The translations under genes and the position numbers were made by a program. The notes beneath the pieces were generated by a model that did no database searches, had not been told where the DNA came from, and saw only the letters and a list, made by a program, of their open reading frames with translations. This document shows, piece after piece, positions 10,598 to 22,235 of a stretch of 64,000 nucleotides of DNA. Position 1 is the first letter of the stretch, and every line of letters starts with the position of its first letter. Origin of the DNA: Camelus ferus (taxonomy: Eukaryota); assembly GCF_009834535.1 (NCBI RefSeq), contig NC_045717.1:16802001-16866000 (forward strand), given 5' to 3'.

Positions 10598-12432
10598 ATG
10601 CCCATGCTCGACTGCTATAGGAAGTTGATGCAGCGGGGCCGCAAGCTGCCGGGATGGCTGTGGTTTCTGCTGTTTCTGATGGTGTTGGTGGTGGTGGCTC
10701 TGCTTGTGCCCCTGATCATCTTCACTATCAGGGCCAACAGCAAGAGCTGCAAGGATGGCCTCCAAGCAGAGCAGAAGTGTCAGAACTCCACCAACCTCCT
10801 GCAGCGGCAGCTAACCCAGACCGAGGAAGTCTTACAGGAGACCAAAGCCCAGGCCACCATCTGCATCCAATCTGTGGTAAGCCACTGCACCCACTAGAGC
10901 GCCCTGTGCTCGGGGCGCTCTCACAGGGCCTACGTGGAGATCCATCAAGATAGACTTTGAAACTGCCCCTGGATATCCACACCACAGTTTGGGAACCTCT
11001 AAATTCTTCAGGGTGCTGGTGTCAGGGGGCCTTAAAAGTCTCCAGAGCACCCCAATCGGGGATTTCAGCAACCCTGCTAGGATGTGGGGGGACTCTCCAA
11101 TTTCCAGGGCACTGATTTGGGGGAGCTAGAAACTGCCCTCAGGCCCCAGTGTTGGGGAGAGGAAGCCCCCTCAAGGGATTGGGATGGGGACTTCACCAGG
11201 TCCCAGAGAAAGAAAGGGCTCTTGATACTTCCACTGCGTCTAGACAGATTTTGAAACCTTCACTTGTGTCCTGGTACAGGGGACCTTGACACTCCCATTG
11301 GACATGTAACTTTGGCTCCAAAGTCCCCCTGGGTTCTGGTTTGGGGAGAACCTCTCAAGCTCCCTGGGCAATAGCCCAGGGGATCTGGAAATTTCTCCTA
11401 GAGTTTAGGCATGGGGAGCCTCCAAAGTCTCTTGTGGGGGGTCTCAAAACTCCCATTTTGAGGATCACAGTCTTATGGGTGGCCCTGGGAAGATGGGAAT
11501 TTGTGGCCATTCTTCAAGGTGGGAGATTGAGGTGCAGGGAGGGTTGGAGAGGAAACTGAAGAAGGGGTTGGACCTGAGCTCCTCTGACCCCAGGACCTAG
11601 GGAGGGATCCAGGACCCAGGGACAGAAGCCCGGTTCCTTACCCCCCCCCCCTCTATCCCAGGAGACCCTGAGGGATTCCCTGGAGAAGGAGAAGGCTCTG
11701 GGTCGGGAGCAGCTGGCACGTGCAGAGGAGCTTCAGGGTGAGCAAAGCACAAGTCCAGGGTCCCACGGAGGGGGCTCAGAGGGGTGGGCCAGGTATTGAA
11801 AAGGACTGGGGAGGGAAGGTCCCAGGGTTGGGGTCAGGAGAGAGGTCCCGGGCCAGAATCCAGTTGGAGGGGTGGGGAAGGGAGTGGGCCAGCTTTCCAA
11901 GCTGGGGCTGGAGGAGGGCAGGGTTGGAGGGGGTGGGGTCAGGCAAGGGGTGTGGCCACCGTGTTGACAGGGCCCCTGATTCTGTCTCCCCGCCTCTCTC
12001 CACCAGATGAGGTCCTGACATTGAAACAGAAGCTGAACACTTTGGAGGAGGCAGAGCGACAAAGGTCCGAGATGACGCCCCTCAGGCCACGCCCCTTTCA
12101 CCCCACCCCCAAGACTCTGGACCCCTTTGGATCGGAGAAACTCATCGTTGCTCAGGGAGCAAAGTTTAAAAGCCCCAGCCTTGTCCCTTGTGTCACACAG
12201 CCATGGGTTGGCCAGTGCCCACTCTCCTCCCCAGTGACTTGGTGGTGGGTGGAGGAGTGGAGATTCTTAGGGGAGAAGCCTAGAGCTGCTGGAGCCATCC
12301 AGCAGCTGCCAGAGTTGTCCCTTTCTCTACTCCAGAAAAAGAAGTGAGGCCTCAGCAGCTAACAGCTCTTCCAGCTGCTGGAGCATCCTGGGCTTCCTGA
12401 TCACTCTGAACATGTTGATCCTATGCCTCTAG
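10598..12432 (+). CDS. BST2: Tetherin / bone marrow stromal antigen 2 (TM-coiled-coil-GPI), about 169 aa from the first ATG
   Basis: Exons 10598(TTG at 10568)-10876, 11662-11737, 12007-12064, 12336-12432, GT-AG and phase-consistent. Contains a TM (WLWFLLFLMVLVVVALLVPLIIFTI), the IRANSKSCKDG motif, three ectodomain Cys, and a C-terminal GPI signal (NSSSSCWSILGFLITLNMLILCL*). Probable UTR intron 12467-12702. Synteny matches human. Confidence 0.93.
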
Positions 12433-13309
12433 TCTTGGCAGGGCTGAGGTCCCAGGAAGCCGGCCGGTAAGGAGGGGAGTAGCCAGGGGGAGAAGCTGAG
12501 AAGGGCCGGGAGTCAGGGATGGGTCAGGGCCTGGGGAGGTGACCTGTCTGCGGAGGTAGAGGGCTGGGCACAGAGGAGAAGGATCTTGGAGCGGGACAGA
12601 GAGCTCCCTGAGGAGGGAAGGGGCCCTGGAGCCGGGCGGGGCTTCAGAGGGGGCGGAGCCCATGTTCTGTCCACCTCTGAGTCCCTATTTTGATGTCTTT
12701 TAGGCCACAACCTGGACTGGTCCGGTTCCCACTCAGCTTTCTCAGGGGACCACATGGCAACATGGTTGGGGGGGTGGGGAATGGGGTGGCAGCAGGGGGT
12801 CCATGGGGCAGCTCCCGAGGGATGCCTTGGGAATGGAGAAGTAGTGGAGTGGGCCCAAGGCTGCCCTAGAGCTGGGGAGGGCATGCAGAGTGCTTCTTGC
12901 TGTTACGGTTTCTAGAAGGTCACTTCCTTCTGGGGTCTTTGGGCCCCATTGAGGGGGGAAAAAACCTTACTCTAAAGTTTTTGGAGTATTATTGTGCCAC
13001 CCCAAGCATCTAGGACCTGCCCTGTGGGCAAGGGTGGACACCTATTGACATCTACACCCAGCCTTCCCTGTTCTAGAATGTCCCCAGGAATCCCTGGGGT
13101 TCCAGCCAGCACCACTCCAGGGCCTCCCCAACCCTTTCCTCTGCTGGGATTATCTTAAAGGACTCTACACCCAGGTCAGTGCTCCCTGCCTGAAGGAGAA
13201 ATAACAAAATGGCCACACTTAGGCTAATTCCTGGCCCTATTCTTGCCGTTTGATTTAAAATGGTCAGCAAATCTGATTGACCGGACACTGGCCCCAGCCC
13301 CAGGCCCAT

Positions 13310-13786
13310 TGTTAGAGTTAGAGTTAGAGTTATTAACCTCCTTGTTTATTTTACCTTACTCTGGCAATTGAAGTTTACAATCATGTTTGGAATTTGAGTC
13401 ATTCCCCCAGGAAGGGAGTCATGGGACAATAATCCTAGGAAAATGACCAGACCCCTAGAAGTTCCTCCTGGTGCCTGATGAATCTGATCAGATAAAGAAG
13501 GTCATGGGCAGACACACCAAGATTCAGACTATGGAATCCTCTGCTTCCAGGAGGAAGATTTAACAGAGACTTTTGTTAATTAATGTCCCCTTTTACACCC
13601 CAATTTGTTCACTGTATAATCACTAAGCCCCAGCCCTAAAACGGGCTCACAGTTTTGAAGGCACTAGCCTGCTGTGAGGCCCCTTTGCCTGGCAAAGCAA
13701 TAAAAATACCTCTTTTCTTCTAAACCCTAAGATCTGGTCTCTGAGTTATTTGGCTCGTCAGGGACGGAGCTGATCTTTCAGCAACA
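13310..13786 (+). mobile_element. Solo ERV1-type LTR downstream of BST2
   Basis: TGTTAG...CAGCAACA termini, GCAAAGCAATAAAA poly(A) signal at 13699-13704, U5-like end. Confidence 0.75.
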
Positions 13787-14504
13787 TGCCTGCAGAGTGG
13801 TCTACTCCCATCTCCTCACCGGATCTTCTCCTAATAACAGTGGTTCCAGGAGGAAACTGAGGCTGTGAAAGAGACACTTTGTCCTGGTTCCCAATCCCTT
13901 CCCACAGAAAGTGCAGGGCTCGGATTCAAATCTGGATCTGCAGACACATACAGACCAGGCCTGTGTCACAATGCCCCCCTCTTCTACATCCCCCAAACCC
14001 TTATTCATCCTGCAGTACCAAGCTCTGGGAGCCCCTCCTCCAGAGAGCCTCTCTGCTTCTCAGAATTGAGGGCTACGGTCTGACAGACCCTTTAACCCAC
14101 TTTCTTGCATCCTCCCATGCCCCACAGTTCCCTCCTCTTCCTTCCTCTAAGTTCTCCTGGAATCCCAACTATTGTCCAGGCAGCTTCCTGTATGTGGCAC
14201 TGGGGGTGGATGCTTGCATCTACCCAGAATTCCCAGAATTCTGCACTGCCCTCAGGTCCCCTGGTCCCCACTCAGATGGTTGGTAGATTCCCCCTCTATG
14301 GCTTCTGCTGTCCTCCTAGGGACCCCCAAACACCATCCCTGCCACAGGCCCTCTGACCCCCTTGTCCCCTAACTTCCCCTTGCTCCAATCCCCCTCCCCC
14401 TGCCCCAATCATTTCTCTGGAACTTTGTCAAGTTCCTTCCTGCCCCACAGCCTTGACTAGTGAGCAGCTCCTGCTGCTAGGGACACCCACTCTTCACTCT
14501 GAAG

Positions 14505-14730
14505 TTCGAGGGCAAGGTTTCTCAGCCTCAGCATCCTTGACATTTGGGGTCGGATCGTTCTCTGCGTTGGGGGGCCGTCCTGTGCACTGTAGGATGTTAG
14601 CAGCATCCCTGGCCCCCACCCTCTAGATGCCCGTAACACCTTACCCCCAGGATGTGGCAACAACAACAAAAAATGCCTCCAGACATTATCAAGTTCTCCT
14701 TTTCCCTGGGGAGGTGGGAGCAGAATCAAT
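14505..14730. mobile_element. MER20 DNA transposon fossil
   Basis: GTTTCTCAGCCTCAGCA..TTGACATTTGGGGTCGGAT..GTCCTGTGCACTGTAGGATGTTAGCAGCATCCCTGGCC..CTAGATGCC..CCAGACATT. Confidence 0.85.
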
Positions 14731-14844
14731 TCCAGTGAAAACGTCAGCTATAGAGGGCAAGTCTTGGGTCCCCCTCACTTCTGTCGGAGCCCTCACAGAA
14801 TCCCTTTACAATGACTGAGTCACTTCACATTCCCTTCAATAGCC

Positions 14845-14910
14845 CCACCTAACAAATGAGGAAACTGAGGTCCAGAGAAGTGATTGGACTTGTTCAGGGT
14901 TTCTCAGCTG
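14845..14910. mobile_element. MIR SINE core fragment (one of many; others near 9590, 16330, 25370, 34690, 35970, 42720, 48790, 62930)
   Basis: AAATGAGGAAACTGAGGTCCAGAGAAGTGA matches the MIR core. Confidence 0.6.
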
Positions 14911-16576
14911 CTCAGACTATGGAATCCTCTGCTTCCAGCAGGTTCTCTCAATTGCCAGTAAGCAAGCCATTCTCACATGACCTCAGTCCATTCCCACCCA
15001 CACCCAACATCCTCCACCCCAACTCCCAACTTGGGCTACTGGAATGTCCCCAAACAGCACTGCCCCACCACATCTGAGCTGTGTCTCGCTGATGGAGGGA
15101 GACAGGTTTGCCAAAGATCATGGGTTCAACCTGCTCAGTTTCTCCCTCCAAACCCCCACACAAGGGCCGGGGTATAAACTTCTCTCTTTCCAAAAAGTGC
15201 CCCTCTTCCCTGGCTGGCTGTGACCCAGCCAGGGGTTGAGAAGTCAGGACTAAGGGGTGCTACAGGTCTGGGGGGTAGGGGGTGGTCCAGCTCCAATGGG
15301 AATCTGGCAGGGACCAGCAGCTGCTGTGTGTCCCTGGCCTGAGACTTGGCCTCTCTGGGCAGTTTCTTTATGTGACGTGGGAGGCAGGGAGGGACACAGA
15401 TTCTAGTTCACATTTATTACATAACTGCTGTGCTCCAGGTCCATGCCATGGCAGAGGGAAGGAGGCTTTGCGGGCTTTGCCTTTTAGGGGCTCACCCAGT
15501 CTGATGGGGGAGGCAGCCAGGAACCAAACACATAAGACATAAAACTACAGCAGAGCTGAGGAAACTGATCCAAAGCAGCCTGACTTAATGGGGAAGGGGG
15601 AGGGTTCTGGAGGAGGAGGTACTCTGGTAGACAGGGGAGAGCTGGTAAGGAAGAGTTAGCTGGGCAAAGAGAGAGGATAGGGCCCTCAGGCAGAGGGAAC
15701 AACCAATGCAAAGGCCCTGGGGTAGGAATGCACTTGCCTGAAGACTGTTGAAGGCTGGAGGGAGTCGGCAGGAGGAAATGACATCAAATACTTGCTAGGG
15801 GCCTTGCAGGGGAAGGAGGAAGAGAAGGGGGAAGGATTAAGATATGGGGAAGGGTAGAGGGAAAATGGGAAGATGGTGGGGAGACAAGGGGGAAAGTAGG
15901 GTGAGCGAAGAGGAGGAGGAAGGGAGATGGCAATGGAGGAGGGCCAGGAGGAGAAGGGGGATGAGGGCCCAAGGGGAAGAGGAGGATTTGATTTGCCACA
16001 GGGAAGGGAAGCTAGGGGAAGGGGATAAGTTGGCCTAGATTCATGTTGTAAGTTTGCCCCCTGGTGGCCTAGTGGAGAACAGTCAGGGAGATGGGGACTG
16101 TCCATCCTTGCATCTACCCTCTGGCCCTCACAGCAGGTCACAAAAAGTGTGGCAGCTGGAGCCAGGCTGACTTCAGTTGCTCATGTAGCCTCGGTTTCTT
16201 CATGAACAGAGTGGGGACAATATACACCTAGACCTTCGCAGAGCATCCTCCTGTGGAAGTGAGTGCTATGTGCAGATGTGCTCATGTGATTCCCAATAAA
16301 CCCAGTAGGGCAGGAGCTGCTGTCGTCTTAACTTCACAGAGAGGGAAACTGAGTCTCAGAGGACAGCACATGGGATGCAGAAGCGAGACTGGAACCCAGG
16401 ACCCCCAAGTCCCGTCCTGGGCTCGAGTAGCCTGGACTTGCCCCTGGCACAGGTCCAGCCCCTCCCAACAAACTAGAAGCCACCGCCGGGCGGGGCGGAA
16501 CCGTGGGTGTCCCTGGCTCCCCAAGGTGCCAATTAAATGCTCGTGGCCGTCTGGGGTTAGAGCTGTGGACGGCGGC

Positions 16577-19246
16577 ATGGCCGAGCAGGGGCCGGAGCCG
16601 GGACGCGCATGGCGGGTGTTCGCCCTCTGCGGGGCTGCTGTATTTCTGGCAGCGGTGGCCGCCGGAGCAGCCCTCCTGGCCTGGAATCTGGCCGCCTCGG
16701 CCTCCCGGAAGCCTCTCTGCCCAGAACCAGGGACTAACACCACGGTGCCGCCTGGGGACCCGGCGCCCGAAGTCGAGGAGCTGCGGCGGCGGCTGGCAGA
16801 GGCGGCCCAGCGCGAGGAGGCCCTGACCAGGCAGCTGAACCAGGCCGAGAGTGTCCGTGGGCAGCTGGAGGAGGCCCTAAGGGCCTGTGAGGGCCGCCAG
16901 GTACGTGGGTAGGGTGGGGTGCTGGGAAATTCAGGCTTTGGGGGAAAAGGGCTTACATACATCCCCAGGGTCCCTCCCCTGGGCCTTGGTTTCCTCAGTT
17001 CTTCAACTGAGGGAGGCAAATGAGAATAGCACGGTAATTCCTTCCAACTCCTACATTGCCAGTTCATCCTTGAGTCTACCTTCTGACCAAGAAGGCTCCA
17101 CTCTTCTCTGCTATTTGCCAGGTCAATGGTCGGTAGCTAGGGAAGCCCCAGACCCCTGAGCCCACCTGGGGAGGCCCTGTGCTAACCCTCCCCCCAGACA
17201 CCCACTCAACACTCCTCCCCAACCCTCCACTCCCCCAGCCCCGCCAGTGTCCAGCAGCCCTATTTCAAGATAGGGACATTCAAGTCACCTGTAATTAAGA
17301 GGCTAAAGTTGGCCTCTTGGGGGAGGTACCAGCCAGGTCCTCCCTTTTCCTCTTGCCACCTCCTTCAGACTCTTTCTTAACCCTTCCCAGCCCTGGGCCT
17401 CACAGAAAAACCATCCTCAAAGTCCCAACCATTCACATTTATTGAGTAACTACTGCATACCTCTGCGTACCCCGCCCAGTAGTGGCTGGGCAGTGTGTGA
17501 ATTTTAGAAACTGAAACTTGCCTCTCCTGCCTGCCTAAGTGAAGGACTTGGGGCAGCCAAGTTAAAGGCAATCTGCCCTGGGTTCAAATTCTGGCTCTGC
17601 CCCTCTATTGAAGATTCTCTGAGGAAGTCAGGCCAGTTGCTTTGCAGAATGTCTCACAGAAGTGACTAAGGATACCCCAGAAACCCAACATTGTTAAACA
17701 CCAAATTGGCTTGTGTTCGTTTAAAATCCATCGGCAAGTCTACAGCTAGGATTGGAACCAGTGTCTGTCGGCAGAGCTAAACCTTTTCTACACCCCGTTG
17801 ATCTGGAGTGGGGATTGGTGGACCTGGGCAGAGATCTCCTTCCAGTCAGGCACCAGTCACCACTTCGTACCCCAGACTTCAGAGACCACTTCCGTGTTTT
17901 ACAATTACAGGACGCTCAAGGACATTGCAAATAAAGCTTAAGGAACATTAGTGTCGTCTCAGTCTCCCCTAGAAAGGGCGGGGCCAATTCACTCCTTCTC
18001 CCATTCCCCCTACCCGCCTCATTTCCTCTCCACTCTGCAGAGTCGGCTTCAGACCCAACTGATGACACTGAAGACTGAGATGGACGAGGCCAAGGCACAG
18101 GGGACCCAGATGGGGGCTGAGAACGGGGCGCTGACAGGTGTGTTGGGGTGCAAAGGAATGGGCAGGGTTAGAGGTGAGAGGAGCCTAGAAGGTTCCTACC
18201 TATGCAAATGACTTGCACAGGTGCAATCGCACAGGTGCAAACGTAAAGCAAATGAACACGGAAACTTGTGAAAGAAATGCACATAATATGCAAAGGTTCT
18301 GCAAATGTCACAAAACAATGCAAATGCAACAAAATACGCACACGCCATGTAAGGACTCCCCAAAGCAATGTAAACCTATGAAAAGCTATGCAAATGGCAC
18401 GTGAAGGTCATGCAAACAGCACACAAGCTTAAATCAAATAAAACAAATTACGCAAATAGTTGGCCGACTATAAACTCGGAGCGGGTGTGCGCGGGGCGAG
18501 AGCCTGGTCTCCAACCTCACCGGGTTCCCTGCTCCCGCAGAAGCCCTGGCGCGCTGGGAGGCGGCGGCCACCGAGTCTGCGCAACGGCTGGACGAGGCAC
18601 AGCGGCGCGCGCGCGCGGCCGTGGCCGAGGGTGAAGCCTGCGCAGCCCGGGAGGCGGCGCTGCGCGAACGCGTGTGAGTGAGGCCGGGGCCGGAAGGGGT
18701 GGGGGACTGGGCCGTGTGGGCGGGGCCTTAGGAGGGGCGAAGTTAAGGTGCTGGAGTAGAACCTGGGGGTGGTGACGCAAGGTGGGCTCTTTGGGGGCGG
18801 GAAGCCCTGGTTGAGGAGGGCACTCTGGAGGCTTGGTTTCCTGGAGTTGGGGGCATCGTGGGGGCTCCGGGGAGGGCGAGGAGTGAAGTGAGGGTGCAAG
18901 AAAAGCGAATATCGAGGGAGGGGCTTGGGGCCTGGAGGCGAGCTTCTGGGAAAAAGTTTGGGAGTCCCTGGAGAGGGGTCCTGGAAATGGCCAGGGGTGG
19001 AGCATGGGATCTCTGAGGAGTGGGGTTCCCAGGAAGGAAGAAAGAATGCTGGAGAGTCTCCAGGTGCTGACAGGTCCCTTCCCCCTTCCCGGCAGTAACG
19101 CCCTGGAAGCCCAGATGGGCCCCCAGCGCAGACTGCCACACCCACGGACCCGCTCGGGGTCCCGACCCCGGCCAAGCCCCCGCTCGCGCTCTCGCCCGGG
19201 AACATCGGGAAGCTGCCGGCGACCAGCGCGGCGCGCACGAGGGTGA
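16577..19246 (+). CDS. CCDC194: Coiled-coil domain-containing protein 194 (tetherin-like TM-CC protein), 234 aa
   Basis: Exons 16577-16900, 18041-18137, 18541-18673, 19096-19246. MAEQGPEPGRAWRVFALCGAAVFLAAVAAGAALLAWNL...; TM, coiled coil, and Arg/Pro-rich tail ending CRRPARRARG*. Located between BST2 and PLVAP. Confidence 0.92.
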
Positions 19247-19749
19247 GTCAGCCCCCAGCAAGACTGGGGCTCCAGGCCAGGAGGACGGACACTGGGGGCC
19301 CCGCAGGGACACATATAGAGGTGCCCACGCTGGATGAGATACCCAGTCTACACCCAGCAGCGCTCAGCTTTTGACCCAGCTGCCGCCCTGAACGGAAAGT
19401 GTTCAGAAAGAAGACCCGACCCTCTCTCCCTGACCATCTAGTGCTTGTTCTACAGACGGAAAAACTGAGGTCCATTTGGTCACAAGGTGAGACAGTGCAG
19501 AGCCAGGGCCTAAGTCCCCTCTAAGGAAAGTTTTGTCCACATCCCACAGATATAAGGACTTAGGGTCCACCCTGGCCCAGGAGTAGGCTGAAAGAATCAC
19601 TTCTCTCTGGTCCTCAGTTTACCTTGTCTGTAATTGTCGGAATCATGAGAGCCAGCAGATCCTGGACACCAAAAGCTGAGAAAGATGGCACAATAGGAAA
19701 ACTATAGACCCCTCTCCCTTTGAGGAGGGTACAATTCCAAATGGAATTT

Positions 19750-21100
19750 TAGCAGAGAATCATGTAACACATTTTTAAAATACACCTTAACATAAAGACA
19801 TGTGCCTGAGATGCAGAGATGGTTCAGTATTTGGAAGTCTGTTCAGAAAGTTCACCATACTGATGGATCAAATGAGAAAAATTCTGAAGAATTTATCATA
19901 ATAGCAACAATTTCATGTGAAATTATACAGTATTTGTCTTTCTCTGACTTATTTCAGTTAACATAATACCCTTCAGAAGCAACCATGTTGTTGAGAATGG
20001 CAAGACTTTTTTGTGGCTTAGTAATATTCCGTTGTATATGTATGCTACATCTTTATCCACTTGCTGGACACTTAGGTTCTAATCTCTCAACCTTAATCTG
20101 ATTTTGCCAACTGTTCTGATAATGTCCTTTTTAACAAAGAAGTTATAACAAGGAGTCCTGGTTTACACATTGTATTAATCTGGAATATTCCTCAGTCTGT
20201 CTTTGCCTTTCATGATGTTGGCGTTTAAAAGCCCAGGCTGGTTATTTTGCCGTGTCTGAGTTTGGGTTTTTGTGATGATTCAACCTAATGATATTATCTG
20301 CTGTTGGTATGACTATATATAGAAAACCCAAGAGAATTAGTGGAAACTCTCCTATATCTTAACAACTCTGTAGAAAATCTTTTGGAAGAAAAGAAAGATC
20401 CATTTCAGATAGTTTTTTTAATATCCAGGAATAAACTACTTTCCTTAGTATGTAAGGATCTCTTCTAAATTAATTTCTCAAAAAATAACTCAGTAGAAAA
20501 TAGGCAAAGAACATCGGCAGCCAGTTCAAAGAGACACACAAAAATGTGCCTAGTCTCGTTCCTCAAGAAGCAATGCGGACTGAAACTATATGGTACCACT
20601 TCCTACCCATTCACAGGGCAAAGATGAAAATAAAAACCAATTAAAAGTTTGTGAATACACTGTGTTGGCACTGCTGTGGGGAAGCAAGCAATCCCACACC
20701 GTGCTGGTGGGACTGCTCATGGGTACAACCACTTAGGAGGGCAATTTTCTAGAATGTCTCAAATTAAAAGTGCATCTACTGTTTGCCCTATCAATTCCTC
20801 TTCAAGAATTTTTCTACAGTCATATTTAAATGCATACAAAATGATGGACTAAATGCAACGGCGAATCCTGGGTTGGATCCTGGAACAGAAAAACACTTCG
20901 TGAGGAAATTAAATAAAGTCTAGAGTTTAGTCCATAGTAATATACTAAGATTAATTTCTTAGTTTTGACAAATGAACCATGCTATACAAGATGTTAACAA
21001 TGAAAGTAACTGGGTGAGAGGTATTCAGAGGCTCTCTGTATTATCTCTGCAAATTTTCTGTAAATCTAAACTTATTCCAAAATAAAAAGTTTACTTTAAA
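19750..21100. mobile_element. Cluster of old L1 fragments (mixed orientation)
   Basis: L1 ORF2 and 3'UTR-like segments, e.g. TATTTGTCTTTCTCTGACTTATTTCA, GGATCCTGGAACAGAAA, TTCTGTAAATCTAAACTTATTCCAAAATAAAA. Confidence 0.6.
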
Positions 21101-22050
21101 AAAGGAGACAGGATTAGGGGAGAGAATGAGGGAATTCTTGGTAATTGCAAAAAAAAATGGGGCACAATCTCAATTTCCACCAGTTGGGAACTATTTAAAC
21201 GAGTGTCTGTCCATCCACACCATGGAATATTATACACCTGTTAAAAAGACCAAGACAGATCTTCTCTGAGACTCATTAATGTAAAAAGCAGGAGAGCAAT
21301 AATTTGTGTACATCTTTTAAAATCTGGCACTGGGGAAAACTTTTATCCAAGTATCTCTGAAAGAAACTGGACGCAGCTGTGGCCTCTGGAAAAGGAATCA
21401 GAGATCTGGGGATTGGCAGGGGAGGGAGTCTTATGTTTCTCTGTATACCTTTTTGTAAAGCTTGCATTTTAAAAATCATGTGCAGTGTATTACCTCTAAA
21501 ATAATTAAAATTTGTTTTGAAAAAATTCTGAAGAGGCTGGTGTAAAGAGGGAAAGAGGAGCCCTTTGAAACTGTGATCCTGCCTCAGCCAGTCCTGCTCA
21601 TTATCCCCCCACCCACCTTGGAGGTGGCTTGGAGGTGTCTGGTCAGGGCCTTTATTGGGAGAGGGTCCACCTGGAAGGAGAACTGGAGGACTTCCCCCGA
21701 ACCAACAACGGAGGCAGTGAGGCTGAAGGGAGGGAAGAGTCCAGCCTCTAGTTCCACTGCCGGCCACCAGGGGTCGCCCCAGTCTGCAGACCCGGTTGCT
21801 AGGGGCTGAAGGCCCAGAGCTTCAGAGGATGGGAGAATGGGTCTGAGACTTACCCTCCCCCACCACCAACACCCTCACCCCCACCCTCGCGCCCCAACTC
21901 CGGCGTAAATCCGGAAGTGAGCAGGAAACGGCTTCTCCTTCTGGAGTCAGCTAGAGCTGGAGATTGGTCTCGCCTTGTCTGGTGCCCCAGGGACTTGAGA
22001 CATCTCACTGTGCAGTTGTGGGATTTAGGGCTGAACAACGTAAAAGACTA

Positions 22051-22235
22051 TGGGGAGGGTAGAGCTCAGTGGTAGAGTGCTTATCCTGTATGAGTTCTTG
22101 GGTTCAATCCTCAGTCCCTCTGTTAAAAATAAATAAACCTCACCTATTTTTTTAAAAGATAAAGAAACCTAATCCCCCCCCCAGAAAAAAAAAAAAACAA
22201 CCGAAAAAAAAAAAAAAAAAGAAAGAAAGAAAACA
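22051..22235 (+). mobile_element. tRNA-Ala-derived SINE (vic-1-like)
   Basis: GGGGAGGGTAGAGCTCAGTGGTAGAGTGC...GGGTTCAATCCTCAG with a long A-rich tail. Confidence 0.8.

Noticed and set aside
13310-13786. Assigning the BST2-flanking LTRs to an MER41-type STAT1-enhancer family
   Set aside because: Only imperfect GAS matches (e.g. TTCCAGGAG), no clear TSDs, and the family cannot be assigned without RepeatMasker.
15820-16030. Purine-rich (GA) tract upstream of CCDC194
   Set aside because: Common low-complexity sequence. It lacks mirror symmetry strong enough to claim H-DNA.
18468-19314. Minus-strand 256-265 aa ORFs over CCDC194
   Set aside because: Antisense shadows of GC-rich coding exons.
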